Assembly (NCBI RefSeq): GCF_009914755.1
Contig: NC_060948.1
Source: the human T2T-CHM13v2.0 reference genome, Homo sapiens
Strand: one strand, 5' to 3'
DNA length: 64,000 nt
Positions 57,246 to 64,000 of the stretch are shown here, in pieces; the stretch's first letter is position 1, and each line of letters opens with the position of its first letter. The position numbers and the translations under genes are program-made. The notes below the pieces were generated by a model, which was given only the letters and a program-made list of their open reading frames with translations, was not told the DNA's origin and did no database searches.

Positions 57246-60200
57246 AGGCCTGGAATAAAGTGGAATGTTACGGTCTCGAATGGAATAAAAATGTATGGAA
57301 TGGAATGCAATGAAACGGAATCGAATGTCATAGAATGTAATGGAATGCAAAAAAATGGAATCCAAAATCATTGACAGGAAAGGCTGGGTGTCGAAAGGAA
57401 TTGACTCCAATGGAATGGAATCGAATGGAATGGAAGTGAATAGAATCGAACTAAATCGAATGGAATGGAATTGATAGGAACGGAATGGAAAGGAATGCAA
57501 TGATTTGGCATGGAATGGAATCGAATGGCATCGAATGGAATGCAATGGAATGGAATGTATTAGAATGTAATGAACTTTAATGGAATGCACTCGAATGGAT
57601 TCGACTGGAATGGAATGTTCTGGAAGTGAATGGACTCCAATGGAATGGATTCAAAAGGAATGGAATCGTACGGAATGGAATCTAATGGAATGGAATTAAA
57701 TGGAAATGAATCAAATTGAATAGCACGGAATTGAATTGAAAGGAATGGAATGCAATGGAATCTAATGAAACGGAAAGGAAAGGAATGGAATGGAATGGAA
57801 TGGGCTGGAATGGAAAGTAATCGAAACGAATGGAATGGAATTGAAGTGAAGAGACTGCAATGGAATGCACTGGAATGGAAGTTTCTCGAAAAAAATGGAA
57901 TCGAATGGAATGGAATTGAATGGAACGGAATAGTGTCGAATGGAATTGAATGGAATGGAATGGACTAGAGTGAAATGGAATCGAACCACAAGGAATGGAC
58001 AGGAATAGAATGGTCTCGAATTGAATGGAATCGTATGGAATGGCATCAAACGGAATGGAATGGACAGCCACGGAATGGAATGCACTCGAATGCAATGGAG
58101 TCGAAACTAATGGACTGGAATAGAATGGACTCGACTGGTACGGACTCCAATGGAATGGAATCGAATGGAAGGGAATCGAATGGAAGGGAATCGAACGGAA
58201 TGGACTCGAAGGGAAAAGACTGCAATGGAAAGGTCTCGAATGGAATGGAAATTAATGGAATGGAGTGGAATCGAATGAAATGGAGTCAAAAGGAATGGAA
58301 TCGAATGGCAAGAAATCGAATGTAATGGAATCGCCAGGAATTGATGTGAACGGAACGGAATGGAATGGAATCCAAAGGAATGGAATAGAATGGAATGGAA
58401 TCGAATGGAAAGGACTCGAATGGAAATCACTCGAATAGAATGCAATTTAATAAAATAGGATCAAATGTAATGGAATGGAATGGAAAGGAATCGAAAGAAA
58501 GGAATGGAGACAGATGGAATGGAATGGAACAGAGAACAATGGTATAGAATGGAATGGAATCATCTGGAATGGAATTGAATGGAATGGAATAATATGAAAT
58601 GGAATGGAATGGAATGGAATGGAATGCCCTTGAATTAAATGGACTGGAATGGAATGGACTCAAACAGAGTGGAATGGAAAGTGTGGAGATAGAATGGAAT
58701 GAACTCCTTTGGAATGGTGTAGTATGCAATGCAATCGACTGGCAGGGAATCAAAAGGAATGTAATCGAATGGATTGGACTGGAATGCAATGGACTCGAAT
58801 AGATTGGAAACGGAATGCAAAGAATGGAATGGAATAGTATGGAATGCAATGGAAGGGAATGGAGTGGAATAGACTAGAGTGGAATGGAATGGACTGGAAA
58901 GCAATGGACTGGAATGGAACTTTCTTGGATGGACTGGAATCAAACGGAATGGAATGCAATGCAATCAAATGGCATGGAATAAAATAGAATGAAAGAGAAT
59001 CAAATGGAATTGAATCGAATGGAATCGAATGGATTGGAAAGGAATAGAATGGAATGGAATGGAATTGACTCAAATGGAATGGACTAGAATGGAATGGATT
59101 CGAATGGAAGGCAAAGGAATGGAATCTATTGGAATGGACTGTAATGGAATGGAATGGAAGGGATTGGAATGGACTCGAATGGAATGGACTGCAATAGAAA
59201 GGATTCGAATGGAATGAAAAAGAATTGAATGGAATAGAACAGAATGGAATCAAATCGAATGAAATGGAATGGAATAGAAAGGAATGGAATGAAATGGAAT
59301 GGAAAGGATTCGAATGGAATGCAATCGAATGGAATGGAATCGAACGGAATGGAATATAATGGAAGAAAACTGGCAAGAAATGGAATCGAAATGAATGGAG
59401 TGTTATGGAACGGACTCAAAAGGAATTGAATGTAATAGAATGGAGTGGAGTGGACTCGAATATAATGGACTGGAATGGAATGAAATCACATGGAATGGGA
59501 ACGAATGGAATGGAATGGAAAGGAATGGAATCGAATGGAAAGGAATCGAATGGAAGGGAATGAAATTGAATCAACAGGAATGGAAGGGAATAGAATAGAC
59601 TGTAATGGAATGGACTCGAATAGAATGGACACGAATGCTCAAATTAAATGGACTCGAATGGAATGGAAACGAAAGGAATGTCATCGAATGGAATTGAATC
59701 GATTGGAATGAAATCGCATAGAATGCAGTGGAATCAAATGGAATTGAATCGAAAGGAAAGGAAGCGAATGGACTGAAATAAAATGGAATGGAATTGAATG
59801 GAAAGTAATGCAATGGAATAGAATGGAACGAAATTTCACGGAATGGAATCAAACTGAATGGAATCAAATCAATGGAATCAAATCAAATGGAATGGAAAGG
59901 AATTGAATGGAGTAGATGGGATTGGATGGGATTGGAATGAAATGTACTGGAAAGGACTCGAATTTCATGAAACGGAATGGAATGAATTGGAACGGAATGG
60001 ACTCGAATGGAATGGAATGTCATGGGATGGCATCAAATGGAATGACATCAAATGGAATGGAATCGAATGCAATGGAATGCTATGGAATGGAATGGAATGC
60101 ATTGGAATGGAATGTCCTCTAATGGAATGGATTCGAGTGGAATGGAATTGAATATAATGGAGTCGAATGAAATGGAATTGAAAGGAATGGGATCGAATAC

Positions 60201-60772
60201 AATGGAATATACTGGAATGTAACGTAATGAACTCGAATGTAATTGACTGGAATGGAATGTACATGAATGGAATGTAATCGAATGGAAAGTAATCCAATGG
60301 AATAGAATCTAATGCAATAAAATCGACTCAGATAGAGTAGAATGTAATGGAATGGAGTGCAGTGCAATGGAATGGAATGGAATGGAATGCAATGGAATGG
60401 AATGGAATGGAATGGAATGGAATGGGATGGAATGGTATGGAATGGATAGTAATGGACTGGAGTGAAATGGACTGGAAAGGAATGGACTCAAATTGAAAGG
60501 TCTCGAAAGGAATGGAGTCAAATGGAATGGTCTGGAATGGAATGAACACGAATGTAATGCAACCCAATAGAATGGAATCGAATGGCATGGAATATAAAGA
60601 AATGGAATCGAAGAGAATGGAAACAAATGGAATGGAATTGAATGGAATGGGAACGAATGGAGTGAAATTGTATGCAGTAGAAGAGAATAGAATGGAATTC
60701 AAGCGAAAGGAAAGGAATGGATTGCAATGGAATGGAATTCATTGGAATGGAAGGGAATGTAGTGTAATGGAC
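57246..60772. repeat. DYZ1 unit U17 (3527 bp, U11/U12-related, divergent 5' patch)
   Basis: StuI sites 57246 and 60773. Confidence 0.9.
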
Positions 60773-63700
60773 AGGCCTGGAATAAAGTGGAATGTTACGG
60801 TCTCGAATGGAATAAAAATGTATGGAATGGAATGCAATGAAACGGAATCGAATGTCATAGAATGTAATGGAATGAAAAAAAATGGAATCCAAAATCATTG
60901 ACTGGAAAGGCTGGGTGTCGAAAGGAATTGACTCCAATGGAATGGAATCGAATGGAATGGAAGTGAATAGAATCGAACTAAATCGAATGGAATGGAATTG
61001 ATAGGAACGGAATGGAAAGGAATGCAATGATTTGGCATGGAATGGAATCGAATGGCATCGAATGGAATGGAATGGAATGCAATGGAATGGAATGTATTAG
61101 AATGTAATGAACATTAATGGAATGTACTCGAATGGATTCGACTGGAATGGAATGTTCTGGAAGTGAATGGACTCCAATGGAATGGATTCGAAAGGAATGG
61201 AATCGAACGGAATGGAATCTAATGGAATGGAATTAAATGGATATGAATCAAATTGAATAGCACGGAATTGAATTGAATGGAATCGAATGCAATGGAATCT
61301 AATGAAACGGAAAGGAAAGGAATGGAATGGAATGGAATGGGCTGGAATGGAAAGGAATCGAAACGAATGGAATGGAATCGAACTGAAGAGACTGGAATGG
61401 AATGCACTGGAATGGAAGGGAGTGTAATGGAAGGTTCTCGAAAATAATGGAAGCAAATGGAATGGAATTGAATGGAACGGAATAGAGTCGAATGGAATTG
61501 AATGGAATGGAATGGACTAGAGTGAAATGGAATCGAACCACAAGGAATGGACAGGAATAGAATGGTCTCGAATTGAATGGAATCGTATGGAATGGCATCA
61601 AACGGAATGGAATGGACAGCCACGGAATGGAATGCACTCGAATGCAATGGAGTCGAAACTTATGGACTGGAATAGAATGGACTCGACTGGTACGGACTCC
61701 AATGGAATGGAATCGAATGGAAGGGATTCGAACGGAATGGACTCGAAGGGAAAAGACTGCAATGGAAAGGTCTCGAATGGAATGGAAATTAATGGAATGG
61801 AATGGAATCGAATGAAATGGAGTCAAAAGGAATGGAATCGAATGGCAAGAAATCGAATGTAATGGAATCGCAAGGAATTGATGTGAACGGAACGGAATGG
61901 AATGGAATCCAAAGGAATGGAATAGAATGGAATGGAATCGAATGGAAAGGACTCGAATGGAAATCACTCGAATAGAATGCAATTTAATAAAATAGGATCA
62001 AATGGAATGGAATGGAATGGAAAGGAATCGAAACGAAAGGAATGGAGACAGATGGAATGGAATGGAACAGAGAGCAATGGTATAGAATGGAATGGAATCA
62101 TCTGGAATGGAATTGAATGGAATGGAATAATATGAAATGGAATGGAATGGAATGGAATGGAATGCCCTTGAATTAAATGGACTGGAATGGAATGGACTCG
62201 AACAGAGTGGAATGGAAAGTGTTGAGATAGAATGGAATGGACTCTTTTGGAATGGTGTAGTATGCAATGCAATCGACTGGCAGGGAATCAAAAGGAATGT
62301 AATGGAATGGACTGGACTGGAATGCAATGGACTCGAATAGATTGGAAACGGAATGCAAAGGAATGGAATGGAATAGTATGGAATGGAATGGAAAGGAATG
62401 GAGTGGAATAGACTAGAGTGGAATGGAATGGACTGGAAAGCAATGGACTGGAATGGAACTTTCTTGAATGGACTGGAATCAAACGGAATGGAATGCAATG
62501 CAATCAAATTGCATGGAATAAAATAGAATGAAAGAGAATCAAATGGAATTGAATCGAATGGAATCGAATGGATTGGAAAGGAATAGAATGGAATGGAATG
62601 GAATTGACTCAAATGGAATGGACTAGAATGGAATGGATTCGAATGGAAGGCAAAGGAATGGAATCTATTGGAATGGACTGTAATGGAATGGAATGGAAGG
62701 GATTGGAATGGACTCGAATGGAATGGACTGCAATAGAAAGGATTCGAATGGAATGAAAAAGAGTTGAATGGAATAGAACAGAATGGAATCAAATCGAATG
62801 AAATGGAATGGAATAGAAAGGAATGGAATGAAATGGAATGGAAAGGATTCGAATGGAATGCAATCGAATGGAATGGAATCGAACGGAATGGAATAAAATG
62901 GAAGAAAACTGGCAAGAAATGGAATCGAAATGAATGGAGTGTTATGGAACGGACTCAAAAGGAATTGAATGTAATAGAATGGAGTGGAGTGGACTCGAAT
63001 ATAATGGACTGGAATGGAATGAAATCACATGGAATGGGAACGAATGGAATGGAATGGAAAGGAATGGAATCGAATGGAAAGGAATCGAATGGAAGGGAAT
63101 GAAATTGAATCAACAGGAATGGAAGGGAATAGAATAGACGGTAATGGAATGGACTCGAATAGAATGGACACGAATGCTCAAATTGAATGGACTCGAATGG
63201 AATGGAAACGAAAGGAATGTCATCGAATGGAATTGAATCGATTGGAATGAAATCGCATAGAATGGAGTGGAATCAAATGGAATTGAATCGAAAGGAAAGG
63301 AAGCGAATGGACTGAAATGAAATGGAATGGAATTGAATGGAAAGTAATGCAATGGAATAGAATGGAACGAAATTTCACGGAATGGAATCAAACTGAATGG
63401 AATCAAATCAATGGAATCAAATCAAATGGAATGGAAAGGAATTGAATGGAGTAGATTGGATTGGATGGGATTGGAATGAAATGTACTGGAAAGGACTCGA
63501 ATTTCATGAAACGGAATGGAATGAATTGGAACGGAATGGACTCGAATGGAATGGAATGTCATGGAATGGCATCAAATGGAATGGCATCAAATGGAATGGA
63601 ATCGAATGCAATGGAATGCTATGGAATGGAATGGAATGCATTGGAATGGAATGTCCTCTAATGGAATGGATTCGAGTGGAATGGAATCGAATATAATGGA

Positions 63701-64000
63701 GTCGAATGAAAAGGAATTGAAAGGAATGGGATCGAATACAATGGAATATACTGGAATGTAATGTAATGAACTCGAATGTAATTGACTGGAATGGAATGTA
63801 CATGAATGGAATGTAATCGAATGGAAAGTAATCGAATGGAATAGAATCTAATGCAATAAAATCGACTCAGATAGAGTAGAATGTAATGGAATGGAGTGCA
63901 GTGCAATGGAATGGAATGGAATGGAATGCAATGGAATGGAATGGAATGGAATGGAATGGAATGGAATGGAATGGAATGGGATGGAATGGTATGGAATGGA
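60773..64000. repeat. DYZ1 unit U18 (truncated by window end, Y)
   Basis: StuI site 60773; runs to the window edge. Confidence 0.9.

Larger units (their letters stand above)
1..64000. repeat. DYZ1: Human satellite 3 array, DYZ1 (Yq12 heterochromatin) type; GGAAT-rich strand is +
   Basis: Sequence: continuous degenerate GAATG pentamers; landmark motifs (GGAATTCATTG, GACAGGCCTGGAATAAAGTGG, GAACCACAAGG, GCCCTTGAATT) recur every ~3.55 kb, 18 times. Knowledge: DYZ1 is a ~3.56 kb EcoRI/HaeIII unit of TTCCA pentamers. The DYZ1 sexing primers as I recall them (TTGAATGGAATGGGAACGAATGG at 309-331; reverse complement of TCCACTTTATTCCAGGCCTGTCC at 440-462) match exactly. Confidence 0.95.

Noticed and set aside
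444-60773. CRISPR-like or cassette-like repeat/spacer organisation
   Set aside because: There are no unique spacers; entire 3.55 kb units are near-identical tandem copies.
18-63906. All six-frame ORFs (MEWNG-type on +, FHSIP-type on -), up to 313 aa
   Set aside because: They are direct translations of GGAAT/ATTCC pentamers, which lack stop codons. They recur in every unit, open and close with single indels, and have no recognisable domain. Not called as CDS.
1-64000. DYZ2/HSat1B, Alu or L1 insertion, or an inversion junction
   Set aside because: I saw no non-pentamer segment, AT-rich block, poly-A tail or switch to the CATTC strand anywhere in the window.
1-64000. Abundant CpG (TCGA, ACGG) suggesting a CpG island or promoter
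   Set aside because: The sequence is A/G-rich with low C content. The CpGs are standard HSat3 pentamer variants, and many show TG/CA decay between units, consistent with methylated heterochromatin.

Overview
The whole 64 kb is one uninterrupted, single-orientation array of degenerate (GGAAT)n pentamer satellite (human satellite 3 type). It is organised into 18 tandem ~3.55 kb units, with StuI-to-StuI lengths of 3497-3573 bp and one conserved EcoRI and one HaeIII/StuI site per unit. The unit size and landmarks match DYZ1, the HSat3 of human Yq12 heterochromatin. I found no credible genes, RNA genes, transposons, DYZ2/Alu inserts or inversions; every ORF in the track is a translation artefact of the pentamer. 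The main signals are regulatory and evolutionary. (i) Each unit carries three perfect heat-shock elements (GAAnnTTCnnGAA) at fixed positions, plus an AP-1 site, in a TEAD-motif background. (ii) There are three recent multi-unit duplications (offsets 10,609, ~7,077-7,112 and 7,112 bp). (iii) Two interleaved unit subfamilies occur, with mappable chimeric units. (iv) Each unit has a hypervariable pure pentamer tract and a fixed four-site register-shift signature. I see no evidence of a new protein-coding system. All variant calls were made by eye and need confirmation by alignment.
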